Assembly (NCBI GenBank): GCA_050011435.1
Contig: JBEKJC010000019.1
Coordinates: 6,087-70,086 of the forward strand
From: Candidatus Binataceae bacterium
Lineage (GTDB): Bacteria; Desulfobacterota; Binatia; Binatales; Binataceae
Direction: 5' to 3'
DNA length: 64,000 nt
In this document: positions 46,492-55,480 of the stretch, one piece after another
Layout: each line of letters begins with the position of its first letter
Numbering within the stretch: the stretch's first letter is position 1
Position numbers and translations under genes: made by a program
The notes under the pieces: model-generated
The model's database searches: none
The model's input: the letters and a program-made list of their open reading frames with translations, nothing else
What the model was told of the DNA's origin: nothing

Positions 46492-46920
46492 CTAGGGCAT
46501 CTTTTCTTTGATGGAATCGAAGATCATCTCGATAGACTCAACGGTCGCTTTGCCTCCTGTTGCGATGAAGTCGCGGTACTCTGATCTTGACTTCAGTTTC
46601 TCGACATTGGGACCTCGGACAATGAAGCGCCAGAGCAATTCAAACTCAAGATGGTTTCGGAGAATTGAGTTACGAACGAAATACTCTATGTTCTTCCTGT
46701 AATCCGCATGCCATTTGAGCGCGAGTCGGGTGGGGCTATCCCACTTTTTGCTCACCTCGATGATCTGAACTTGCTTCTTTCCGAAATCGAGCGCTAGAAA
46801 ATCCGGGCACGCATTCCATGGCTCGCCGGACGAAGAATGCGTGACGTTGACTTGAGGTAATACTGCGCAGCCTTCAATGGCCGTTAAGTAAAACTCGATG
46901 ACTTGCTCATAGAAATCCAT
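46492..46920 (-). CDS. Hypothetical protein with a PD-(D/E)xK nuclease-like motif; low-GC orphan
   Basis: N-terminal acidic helix (YEQVIEFYL), then PDFLALDF...VQIIEVSK, which fits a D-x(n)-E-x-K core. Two hand-counted lines give about 42-52% GC, against about 65-75% for lines sampled elsewhere in the high-GC bulk of the window. No family name recognised. Confidence 0.55.
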   Translation of the reverse strand: MDFYEQVIEFYLTAIEGCAVLPQVNVTHSSSGEPWNACPDFLALDFGKKQVQIIEVSKKWDSPTRLALKWHADYRKNIEYFVRNSILRNHLEFELLWRFIVRGPNVEKLKSRSEYRDFIATGGKATVESIEMIFDSIKEKMP

Positions 46921-46946
46921 ACTTCCCCGTTTGGGCGCGGCGATCG

Positions 46947-49382
46947 CTACACAACAATGTTCAAGAGCTTATCGGGAACGTAGATGAAATCCTTTGGCGC
47001 CCTACCGTCAAGATTCTTGACTATGGTTCCGCTACTGAGAGCCAATGCGGTGTTCGCCTCCTTGCCCATACCCGCCGGGACCTGCAAACGATCGCGGACC
47101 TTGCCGTTGATCTGCACCACCACCGTAACGGTCTCGTCGCGCGTCAATTCGGCGTCGAATTTCGGCCACGATTCCAGATGGATCGAAGCGCGATGCCCCA
47201 GTTCGCGCCAGAACTCCTCACCGACGAACGGCGCCATCGGCGCCAGCAGCAGAACGTAGGTCTCGATCGCGAAGCGGCCGAGTTCCTCCGGAGTGAGCTT
47301 CGCGATGTAGTTGAGCTGGTCCATCAACGTTGCGAGCGCGGTGTTGTAGCGCATCCGCTCCATGTGGTCGGTGAGCGTGCGAATCGTCTTGTGCGAGCGC
47401 TTGACCGTCTCGGCGCTCGGCTTCCCCACCGGGCATCCCGCTTCGACGTAGCGCCGCACCACGCCCCATACCCGCTGGAGGTAGCGCGCGGTGCCGAAGA
47501 CCCCTTCCTCGTTCCAGTTGGTCGCTTCCTCGAAGGGCCCCATGAAGAGTTCCCACAGCCGCAGCGCGTCGGCGCCGTACTTCTCCACCATCGCGTCGGG
47601 CGTGACGACGTTGCCCTTGCTCTTGGACATCTTCTGGCCGTCGCCCGCCCAGATCATCCCCTGGTTGCGCAGCACCGGGAATGGTTCCTTGAACGCGATC
47701 AGCCCCGCGTCGAACATCACCTTGGTCCACATCCGCGCGTACAGCAGATGCATCACGGCGTGTTCGGCGCCGCCGACGTAGAGGTCAACCGGCAGCCAGT
47801 AATCGCCCGCGCGCTGCTCGAACGGGGCGTCATTGAAATGAGGTGAGGCGAAGCGCAGAAAATACCACGACGAGCACGCGAAGCCGTCGAGCGTATCGGT
47901 CTCGCGCGCGGCCGGCCCGCCGCATTTCGGACAGGTCGTGTTGACGAATTCGGGCACGTTGGCGAGCGGCGATCGTCCGGTCCCGGAAGGCTGATAGTCC
48001 CTCATATCGGGCAGGACCACCGGCAGTTGATCGTCGGGCACGGGCACGATCCCGTCCTTCGCGCAGTATAGGATCGGAATCGGGCAGCCCCAGTAGCGCT
48101 GCCGCGAAATCAGCCAGTCGCGCATCCGGTAGCTGACCGTCGCGCGGCCGTTTCCATGCTCCTCGGCGTACTTGCAGACGGCGCGGATCGCGTCGTCGGT
48201 CTTCATACCGTTGAGAAAGCCCGAGTTGATCGCGACGCCGCGATCCGTGAACGCGCGATCCGCAGGCGCCGTGCTGCCGTCGGCAGGCGCGGTCACGACC
48301 GGAATCTCGAGTCCATATTTTTTCGCGAAGGCGAAGTCGCGATCGTCCTCGCCGGGCGCCGCCATGATCGCGCCGGTGCCATAGCCCATCAGCACGTAGT
48401 CGGCGATCCAGATCGGGATTTCCTTGTTGCTGAACAGGTTGCGTGCGTATGCGCCGGTGAAGACGCCGGTCTTTTCCTTGACCGTCGAGAGCCGCTCGAT
48501 ATCGCTCTGGCGGCGCGCCTGCGTCACGTATTCATCGACCGCGGCGCGTTGCCCCTCCGCCGTGATCTCGGCGACCAGCGGATGTTCGGGGGCGAGCACC
48601 ATGAACGATACGCCGAAGACGGTGTCCGGGCGCGTCGTGAAAAATCGAACTTCCTTGCCCGCGTGGCCGTTGACCGGGAATGCGAGCTCAGCGCCTTCCG
48701 ACCGGCCGATCCAGTTGCGCTGCATCAGCTTGATCGGCTCGGGCCAATCGATGCCCTCGAGGTCTTCGAGCAACCGGTCGGCATATGCCGTTATCTTGAA
48801 GTACCACTGCTCAAGGTCCTTCTTGGTGACCGGCGTCTCCGTATGGCGCCAGCAACAGCCGTTGACGACTTGCTCATTGGCGAGAATGGTCCGGCATTTT
48901 TCACACCACCATTGCGAGCCCATCGCCCGGTAGGCCAGCCCGCGCTTGTGCAGCAGCAGGAAAAACCATTGCGTCCAGCGGTAGTACTCGGGCGACGACG
49001 AATTGATCTCGCGCGTCCAGTCGTAGGCGCATCCCGATAACTTCAACTGTCGCTTGAAGTTTGCCGCATAGCGCGGCACGGTCTCCTTGGGATGCAGTCC
49101 CTTGAGCAGGGCGTCGTTCTCAGCCGGCAGCCCGAAGGCGTCCCAGCCCATCGCGTGCAGGACGTTGAAACCCGCCATCCGCTTGTAGCGCCCGATGACG
49201 TCGCACGGCACGTAGTTGTGCAGATGGCCGACGGAGAGGCCGTCGCCGGAGGGGTAGGGGAACATCTCGAGGCCGTAGAACTTCGGGCGCCCGGGCTCCT
49301 CGCGCGTCAGGTAGAGGTTGCTGCGCTCCCAGTCGTCGCGCCATTTTGGCTCGATCTTTTTCGGATCGTAACGTTCGTCCAT
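46947..49382 (-). CDS. leuS: Leucine--tRNA ligase
   Basis: FPYPSGDGLSVGHLHNY (HIGH-type), KMSKSKGN (KMSKS), the CP1 editing region and a full-length 811 aa. Confidence 0.97.
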   Translation of the reverse strand: MDERYDPKKIEPKWRDDWERSNLYLTREEPGRPKFYGLEMFPYPSGDGLSVGHLHNYVPCDVIGRYKRMAGFNVLHAMGWDAFGLPAENDALLKGLHPKETVPRYAANFKRQLKLSGCAYDWTREINSSSPEYYRWTQWFFLLLHKRGLAYRAMGSQWWCEKCRTILANEQVVNGCCWRHTETPVTKKDLEQWYFKITAYADRLLEDLEGIDWPEPIKLMQRNWIGRSEGAELAFPVNGHAGKEVRFFTTRPDTVFGVSFMVLAPEHPLVAEITAEGQRAAVDEYVTQARRQSDIERLSTVKEKTGVFTGAYARNLFSNKEIPIWIADYVLMGYGTGAIMAAPGEDDRDFAFAKKYGLEIPVVTAPADGSTAPADRAFTDRGVAINSGFLNGMKTDDAIRAVCKYAEEHGNGRATVSYRMRDWLISRQRYWGCPIPILYCAKDGIVPVPDDQLPVVLPDMRDYQPSGTGRSPLANVPEFVNTTCPKCGGPAARETDTLDGFACSSWYFLRFASPHFNDAPFEQRAGDYWLPVDLYVGGAEHAVMHLLYARMWTKVMFDAGLIAFKEPFPVLRNQGMIWAGDGQKMSKSKGNVVTPDAMVEKYGADALRLWELFMGPFEEATNWNEEGVFGTARYLQRVWGVVRRYVEAGCPVGKPSAETVKRSHKTIRTLTDHMERMRYNTALATLMDQLNYIAKLTPEELGRFAIETYVLLLAPMAPFVGEEFWRELGHRASIHLESWPKFDAELTRDETVTVVVQINGKVRDRLQVPAGMGKEANTALALSSGTIVKNLDGRAPKDFIYVPDKLLNIVV

Positions 49383-49608
49383 TCTTTTCTTTTTTCAGTG
49401 CCTGACGCTCGCGATGCTCGGGTTGACGGCCAAGTCAGGCGGGCGTACTCCGGCGGATGAGTCTAGCGTGCCGATGCGCACCGCTCCAATCCCGCGGCGG
49501 CTCCAATGTCGCAACCAACGCGCGTCTCTGGCACCTCTCCTGGTCCAAGGAGAGGTCGGCGCACGCGAACGCAGTGAGTATGGCGCCGGGAGAGGTCAGA
49601 ACCGTGCG

Positions 49609-50487
49609 TTACGCTAGCCCCAGGATGCGGCGGGCATCGGTGGGCGTCGCGACTTCGCGGCCGACCTGCCGCGCCATCAGCGCGACGCGTTCGACCAGCT
49701 CACTGTTGCGCGGCGTGCCGAGTTCCGCATACGGATAGTCGCCCAGTCCGATCGCGATATGGCCGCCCCGTTCGATCGCCGCGCCGACCAGCGGGAACAG
49801 ATTCCCGCCCGCGCACATCACGCTCCATTCGATGCGCGGACTCTCGGGGATAAAATCGATCATGCTTTCGAGGCCGCGCACGGTTCCCGGATTGCCCGCG
49901 AAGAGACCCCCCTCGGTCAGCACGATCTCGGAGTAAATCGGCGGCTCGAACAGGCCGGCCTCGATGAACGCCGTGGTGACGCGGATCGCGCTGACGTTCC
50001 ACAGCACCGCGACCGGCCGCACGCCCGCCTCGCGAATCGTGCGCGCGAAATACTGCAGCGTATTGGTGGTGTTCATATACACAACGTCGTCGCTCACGAA
50101 GCGATGCGCGCGCTGGTCGAACACGTCAACATTGCTGGTGCCCATGTCGATCGGCGCGAAGTCGGGCTTGGTCGCCGGGTCCTTCGCCATCTCGACGATA
50201 TGGCTCATGCGCGCCTCCGGCGAGGGCAGCGTCCAGGCGCCGAGCGTCGGCATTATCAGGAGGTCGCTCTTGTCGCGAATACGCCGCGCTGTGTCGGCAT
50301 AGACTTCCGCTTTCGCGGACGGCGCCCCGGTCTTCGGGTCGCGCGCATGGTAATGCACGATCGACGCGCCCGCCCGCCAGCATTGCAGCGCCTCTTCGCA
50401 AATTTCCGCGGGACTGAAGGGCACGTGGGCGTTGCGATTGCGCGAGGCGTACTCATTGATGCGCACCTCGATGATGACTTTTTCCAT
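49609..50487 (-). CDS. 3-keto-5-aminohexanoate cleavage enzyme family (BKACE/DUF849)
   Basis: VIIEVRINEYASR...PFSPAEICEEALQCWRAGASIVHYHARD is the characteristic BKACE N-terminus. Confidence 0.8.
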   Translation of the reverse strand: MEKVIIEVRINEYASRNRNAHVPFSPAEICEEALQCWRAGASIVHYHARDPKTGAPSAKAEVYADTARRIRDKSDLLIMPTLGAWTLPSPEARMSHIVEMAKDPATKPDFAPIDMGTSNVDVFDQRAHRFVSDDVVYMNTTNTLQYFARTIREAGVRPVAVLWNVSAIRVTTAFIEAGLFEPPIYSEIVLTEGGLFAGNPGTVRGLESMIDFIPESPRIEWSVMCAGGNLFPLVGAAIERGGHIAIGLGDYPYAELGTPRNSELVERVALMARQVGREVATPTDARRILGLA

Positions 50488-50526
50488 CGTGATTCCCCCG
50501 GCATGGCTATTTGGCGCTGACTCACG

Positions 50527-51189
50527 TCAGCCTTTGCGGCAAATCGTGAGTCCGTCGGAAACCGGCAGCATTACCATATCGATGCGGTCGTCGGTTGCAA
50601 GGAAATCGTTGAGCGTGCGAATCGCCCGCGTGTCATCGGTCTGAATCTTCGGATCGATTACGGCGCCATTCCACAGCACGTTGTCGATCAGGATCAGGCC
50701 CCCCGCGCGCATCCGCTTGAGCACTTCTTCGTAGTAATTGCGGTAGTTGGTCTTGTCGGCGTCGATAAATGCGAAGTCAATTTCTTCGCCCATCGGCAAT
50801 GCTTGCAGCGTTTCGATCGCGGGCGCGATTTTCAGCGTGATTTTGTCCGCGAGTCCCGCCTTGGCCCAGTACCTCCGCGCGATCGCGGTCCACTCTTCGC
50901 TCACGTCGCAGCACAGCAGGCGTCCGTCCGGCGGCAACGCTCGTGCGACACAGATCGCGCTGTAGCCGGTGAAGGTGCCGACCTCGACCGCAAAGCGCGC
51001 GCCGATCGCGCGCGCCAGGATATTCATGAAAGTTCCCTGCTCGGGTGCTATCTGCATCCTGCTGATGCCGCCGAGCTTGCGTGCGGTCTCGGCCGCGAGT
51101 TCCTGCAGCAGCGCGTCGCCGTTGTGCCCGTGAGCGACAACGTAGTCGTAAAGTTTCGCGTCGAGTCGAACGAATTTTCCGTCGGCCAT
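50527..51189 (-). CDS. Class I SAM-dependent O-methyltransferase (caffeoyl-CoA OMT-like, family 3)
   Basis: VEVGTFTGYSAICVARAL, FDFAFIDADKTNYRNYYE and GGLILIDNVLWNG. Confidence 0.85.
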   Translation of the reverse strand: MADGKFVRLDAKLYDYVVAHGHNGDALLQELAAETARKLGGISRMQIAPEQGTFMNILARAIGARFAVEVGTFTGYSAICVARALPPDGRLLCCDVSEEWTAIARRYWAKAGLADKITLKIAPAIETLQALPMGEEIDFAFIDADKTNYRNYYEEVLKRMRAGGLILIDNVLWNGAVIDPKIQTDDTRAIRTLNDFLATDDRIDMVMLPVSDGLTICRKG

Positions 51190-51252
51190 AATAGCTCTCA
51201 GGTTAGTCGCCTCGACCCGCCGATTCCAAACCTGCCGGCCGCCTCGCGACCG

Positions 51253-51717
51253 TCAGATGCCGAGTGCTGCAAGTTCGCGGCGCATGCGCTCCGGATGGGT
51301 CGCGTCCCAATAGACGCGGCCGCAGCCATCGCACACGGCGAATTTCTCGTGGCTGGCGTAAACGAACAGCGGCACCCGCAGCAGCAGCGCCTCGCGCGCG
51401 ACTTCGTGCAGCATCGCGTTGCAACGTGAGCATCGGGTAAAGGCGAAGCGTTGCGGGTCGAACGGATAGCGCGCCATCACCTCGCGAATCTGATCGCGAA
51501 ACCGATGGTTTTCGATGTAGAGCACGTCTTCTGCCGTGCGCAGGCGCTTGTCACGCGTGAGCATCCGGCGACCCTGATCGCGCGCGACGGCCAGCATCTC
51601 GGCGGCGCTCGGCAGGGACTCGCAGAGCACGTCGGCGCCCATCAGCCGGAGCCATCGTGCCAGCCGGATCAGAGTGCGGTCCGCGGCGAATTTCGGCGGC
51701 TCATCCATTTCCTCCAT
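51253..51717 (-). CDS. Mut7-C (DUF82) PIN-like RNase domain protein with C-terminal Zn-ribbon
   Basis: FAADRTLIRLARWLRLMGADV and CSRCN...CDGCGRVYW. The track ORF is trimmed to the ATG at 51717 so that it does not overlap the upstream gene. Confidence 0.7.
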   Translation of the reverse strand: MEEMDEPPKFAADRTLIRLARWLRLMGADVLCESLPSAAEMLAVARDQGRRMLTRDKRLRTAEDVLYIENHRFRDQIREVMARYPFDPQRFAFTRCSRCNAMLHEVAREALLLRVPLFVYASHEKFAVCDGCGRVYWDATHPERMRRELAALGI

Positions 51718-51751
51718 TGCTGCGAGCGAAGTGTCATTGTCGCAGCCGGCT

Positions 51752-52384
51752 TCAGAAGTTTGCAAGCATCGATTCGATCGCGTCAGCGAGTTCGACCTCG
51801 AACCCACCGAAAAAATGGTCGGCGCCCTCGACCATCCGGAGCTGCGCATGCGATCCCAATTGCTTATGTAACGCTTCAAGTTGAGGTACCGGACAGTACA
51901 TGTCGCCGGTGCCCGCCGCTAGCATGACAGGTCCGCCGAAATTGCTTAGCGCCCGCGCGTCGGCCATCTTGAGCGGCAGCGCCACCAGCACCAATCCGCC
52001 GAGGTTATTGATCTTCGTCGCCGCCACCACCGCGGCGATGGAGCCGAAGGAATAGCCCGCCAGCATTGCGCCGTCGCGCTCAATACCGGACTGGCTCGTC
52101 AGGAACGCGATCGCCGCAGCAGCGTCTTCGGCCTCGCCCGCGCCGCCACCATGCTCGCCTTCGCTCTCCCCGACGCCGCGAAAATTGAAGCGCAGCGTCG
52201 CCCATTCCTTCTTCCACATCGCCGCCAGCACCGCCTCGACGACGTTGTTGTACATCGAGCCGCCGTATAGTGGATGCGGATGGCATACGACCGCGCCTCG
52301 CACCGGCTTGAGTCCCTCCGGCTTGGCCAGCAGCCCTTCAAGCGTTAGCGCGCCCGAGGGAAAGGTGACGTGCTGCTCTTTCAT
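51752..52384 (-). CDS. Alpha/beta hydrolase (COG2945-type)
   Basis: CHPHPLYGGSMYNNVV, nucleophile elbow GYSFG, and C-terminal ADHFF. The ATG at 52384 is preceded by GAGGA. Confidence 0.8.
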   Translation of the reverse strand: MKEQHVTFPSGALTLEGLLAKPEGLKPVRGAVVCHPHPLYGGSMYNNVVEAVLAAMWKKEWATLRFNFRGVGESEGEHGGGAGEAEDAAAAIAFLTSQSGIERDGAMLAGYSFGSIAAVVAATKINNLGGLVLVALPLKMADARALSNFGGPVMLAAGTGDMYCPVPQLEALHKQLGSHAQLRMVEGADHFFGGFEVELADAIESMLANF

Positions 52385-52447
52385 CGGCTCCGATCCTCGC
52401 AAACTAAAGTGTGGCTTTATTTTTTTAGCGCGCAGCCGGCGTGCTTG

Positions 52448-53578
52448 CTAGTGCGATAACGATGGCGACGACTCCGCCGCCGCGGTCGGCGCGTTCAGGG
52501 TGGCGCGCCAGATCGCGTAAAAGGGATCGTCGCGGTTGCTCTTGGCGAGTTCGATAATCTGCACGATCGTCCGCTTGAGGTCGTCCTGATTGAGATGTTG
52601 GAGCGCGGCGAAGTTGTCGAGGTCGTGGAAGTACAGCAGATAGTTCAGCAGCACTGCGTTGTTGAGCTCTTCGCGATCGAGGTCGAATCGCTGAAGGCCT
52701 GAAAGAGTCGGCTTGAGCTTCGCGTAATCCTGATTGATCCCCGCGAAGATCGGCCCTCGGCGCTCGAGAATTTCCTCCTCCGGCAGGCCGTTCTGATAGA
52801 GGCGCAGCAAGCGCGCCTCCTCCTGCAGCAGGAATCCGGCAAACCTCATATCGCTTTCGTACACCCCGCGCGCGGCGATCGCGTCGGCGGAGTTCGCGCC
52901 CTCGGTTTCGGTGAAGAAATCGACCGCACCGCGGCTGCCCACGTAAGTCGCCGCGGATTCGTCGAACATGACGTTGCCGGCGAGAAAGTACGTCCGGTGG
53001 AACAACTCGTGGATGATCACCCCGGCCAGTTCAATGCGATTGAGCTTGAGCAGGTTCGACAGTAGCGGATCGTTGAAAAAACCCAGGCTCGAAAACGCGA
53101 CCGCCGCGCGCACGTGAGTGTCGAAGCCCCGCGCTTCGAGTTCGGCCGCGGCGGCGTTGGCGTCGTCGTGGCTGAAGTAGCCGCGATACGGCACCGCGCC
53201 GACGATCGGAAACCACCAGGTGTGAGGCGTCAGCGACGTGCGCGGAGCAGCCATCTCGATCCACACGACCGCGCCCGAATCGACCTGTGAGACCGTCTTG
53301 TAGGCGCCGCCGACGTTCAGCCCGAGGCGATCGGCGGCGAATTTGCGCACGGCCAGTACGGTTTCGAGCTTGGCCCGCGTATCCGCCGCGAGCTCGGGCC
53401 GTGCCAGCACGTCGCTGATCGGCTTGCGACGCCACAGCAGGCGACCTTCCTCATAGGCCGCGCGAGTGAGGTAGCCGATATCGCATCCGCCGAGCAGCGT
53501 AGCGGTCGCGATTGCCAGCGTGAACAGCCGCAGCGGCATTCGCCGCAATCGGCGCGCAAGCCTGCGCAGGTGCACCAT
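52448..53578 (-). CDS. Predicted lipoprotein Zn-aminopeptidase (DUF2265-type)
   Basis: Lipobox LLGGC after a basic/hydrophobic N-terminus. HExxH motif in VIIHELFHRTYF. Confidence 0.7.
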   Translation of the reverse strand: MVHLRRLARRLRRMPLRLFTLAIATATLLGGCDIGYLTRAAYEEGRLLWRRKPISDVLARPELAADTRAKLETVLAVRKFAADRLGLNVGGAYKTVSQVDSGAVVWIEMAAPRTSLTPHTWWFPIVGAVPYRGYFSHDDANAAAAELEARGFDTHVRAAVAFSSLGFFNDPLLSNLLKLNRIELAGVIIHELFHRTYFLAGNVMFDESAATYVGSRGAVDFFTETEGANSADAIAARGVYESDMRFAGFLLQEEARLLRLYQNGLPEEEILERRGPIFAGINQDYAKLKPTLSGLQRFDLDREELNNAVLLNYLLYFHDLDNFAALQHLNQDDLKRTIVQIIELAKSNRDDPFYAIWRATLNAPTAAAESSPSLSH

Positions 53579-53595
53579 CGCGTCGTCGAGAGCGA

Positions 53596-55434
53596 TCAGT
53601 CCACCGCCTCGCGAGTGGTGTCGGAGGCGGTCGCGTACTGAAGTTCGAACAACCGCCGGTACAGTCCCGGCCGCTTAAGCAGTTCCTCATGCGTGCCGCT
53701 TTCGCGCAGTACGCCGTTGCTCAAAACCAGGATGCGGTCCGCGCGTTCGATCGTGGACAGCCGATGCGCGATCACCAGCGCGGTGCGGCCCGTCAGCAGT
53801 TGGTCCAGCGCAATCTGAATCAGCCGCTCGGTTTCGCTGTCCACGCTTGAAGTCGCTTCGTCCATCACCAGGATGCGCGGGTCGTACGCCAGCGCCCGCG
53901 CGAACGACAGCAACTGGCGCTGCCCGCTCGAGAGATTGGCGCCGCGCTCGCGAATCTCCTCATGTACGCCGTTGGGCATCCGCTCGACAAAGCGCATCGC
54001 CTGCGATCGCGTGAGTGCCTCGGTGAGTTCGCGCTCGCTCAGGTCGGTACGGCCCAGCCGCACGTTTTCCGCGATGTCGCCGGCGAACAGAAAGACATCC
54101 TGTTGAACCAGCCCGATCGTGCGGCGCAGCTCGGTCAGGTCCCATTCGCGCACATCGATGCCGTCGATCAGGATCCGGCCCGAAGTGACGTCGTAAAAGC
54201 GGTTGAGCAGCTTGATAATCGTGGTCTTGCCCGAGCCGGTCGGCCCCACGATCGCGATCTTCTGCCCCGCCTCGACGCTGAAGCTCAGGTCGCGCAGCAC
54301 CGGCTCGCCCTTGCGGTACTCGAAGCTCACGCGGTCGAACGTGATCGATCCGCGTCCGCCCGCCGCGCGCTTGGGCTGTTCGGGACTCGCGATGGTCGCC
54401 GGCGTTTCCATCAACGCTTCGAGCCGCTCGACCGCCGCCAGCGCCGATTGCAGCGTCGTGTACTTCGATGACACATCGCGCAGCGGCGTGAAGAACATCT
54501 GCGCGTACTGCATGAACGCGACCAGCGTGCCGAGGCCGACCAGGTGATGGATTACTTCGCCGCCGCCGATCCACAGGATGATCGCCACGGTGAAGGCGCT
54601 CAGCGCCTCGACCGACGAGAATTGCCCGGCATCGTACACGTTGGCGATTCGCTGCGAGTCGCGGCTTTTGCTGTTAAGTTCGTCGAATTCGCGGAAACTT
54701 TCGCGCTCGCGCGTGAAGAGTTGAATGATCGCCATCCCGCTGAGCGATTCCGAGAGATAGGCGTTGAGCGCCGCAAAGCGTTCGCGGATATCGCGAAAGA
54801 CCGCGCGCGATCGCACACGGAAATAATTGATGATCAGCAGCAGCGGCGGCAGCGCGCAGAGCGACCACAGCGCCAGGTGCGCATTGAACGCGAACATGAT
54901 CGCGATGATGCCGGCCAGGGTCAGCAGATCGACGAACAGCGTCAGCGATCCCGCACTGAACATCTCGTTGATGGCGTCGATGTCGGTGGTCATCCGGCTC
55001 ACCAGGCGCCCGACCGGTGTGCGGTCGAAAAACGACATCGGCAGCCGCTCGACATGCCTGAACAGCGCCAGCCGCAAGTCCGACAGGCTGTACTGCGAGA
55101 CCATCATGGTCAGATAGAACTGGCCGTAAAACGTGGCGAACTCGCCCAGCAACAGCACTATGTAGAGACCGCCCATCACGATCAGACCGTGGCCGTGCGA
55201 GAGTTTGATCGTCGATGCGAGCCAGGCCGGCGGGCCCGAGCGCCGCGCCGCGAGGAAGATATCGATCGTGAGCTTGATGACGTACGGCTGCAGCAACGCG
55301 AAGATCGAGTTCAGCGGCATCAGCACCACCGACAGCCAGAACAGCCCCCGGTAGGGCCGGATGTAGCCCCACACCCACCGGAGCAGGCGGCTGTCGTAAG
55401 GCCGCTCGATTTGTTCTTCGGCTTCAATTCGCAT
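53596..55434 (-). CDS. ABC exporter, fused permease/ATPase (MsbA/MdlB-like), partner of 55481-57304
   Basis: Six-TM N-terminal half, Walker A GPTGSGKTT, signature LSSGQRQLLSFARAL, Walker B ILVMDEATSSVD. Confidence 0.9.
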   Translation of the reverse strand: MRIEAEEQIERPYDSRLLRWVWGYIRPYRGLFWLSVVLMPLNSIFALLQPYVIKLTIDIFLAARRSGPPAWLASTIKLSHGHGLIVMGGLYIVLLLGEFATFYGQFYLTMMVSQYSLSDLRLALFRHVERLPMSFFDRTPVGRLVSRMTTDIDAINEMFSAGSLTLFVDLLTLAGIIAIMFAFNAHLALWSLCALPPLLLIINYFRVRSRAVFRDIRERFAALNAYLSESLSGMAIIQLFTRERESFREFDELNSKSRDSQRIANVYDAGQFSSVEALSAFTVAIILWIGGGEVIHHLVGLGTLVAFMQYAQMFFTPLRDVSSKYTTLQSALAAVERLEALMETPATIASPEQPKRAAGGRGSITFDRVSFEYRKGEPVLRDLSFSVEAGQKIAIVGPTGSGKTTIIKLLNRFYDVTSGRILIDGIDVREWDLTELRRTIGLVQQDVFLFAGDIAENVRLGRTDLSERELTEALTRSQAMRFVERMPNGVHEEIRERGANLSSGQRQLLSFARALAYDPRILVMDEATSSVDSETERLIQIALDQLLTGRTALVIAHRLSTIERADRILVLSNGVLRESGTHEELLKRPGLYRRLFELQYATASDTTREAVD

Positions 55435-55480
55435 CGTAATCAGTCGCTCGCGCCGTCATCCTCGCTATCCCGCACGCTCC

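Noticed and set aside
49383-49608. The intergenic regions 49383-49608, 31302-31738 and 43337-43659 as possible tRNA or other structured RNA genes.
   Set aside because: I could not trace a cloverleaf (acceptor stem, T-loop GTTCRANYC) or any motif of SRP, tmRNA, RNase P or 6S RNA by eye. Only short hairpins are present, for example ACCTCTCC/GGAGAGGT near 49530. An Rfam/tRNAscan run would be needed to exclude them.
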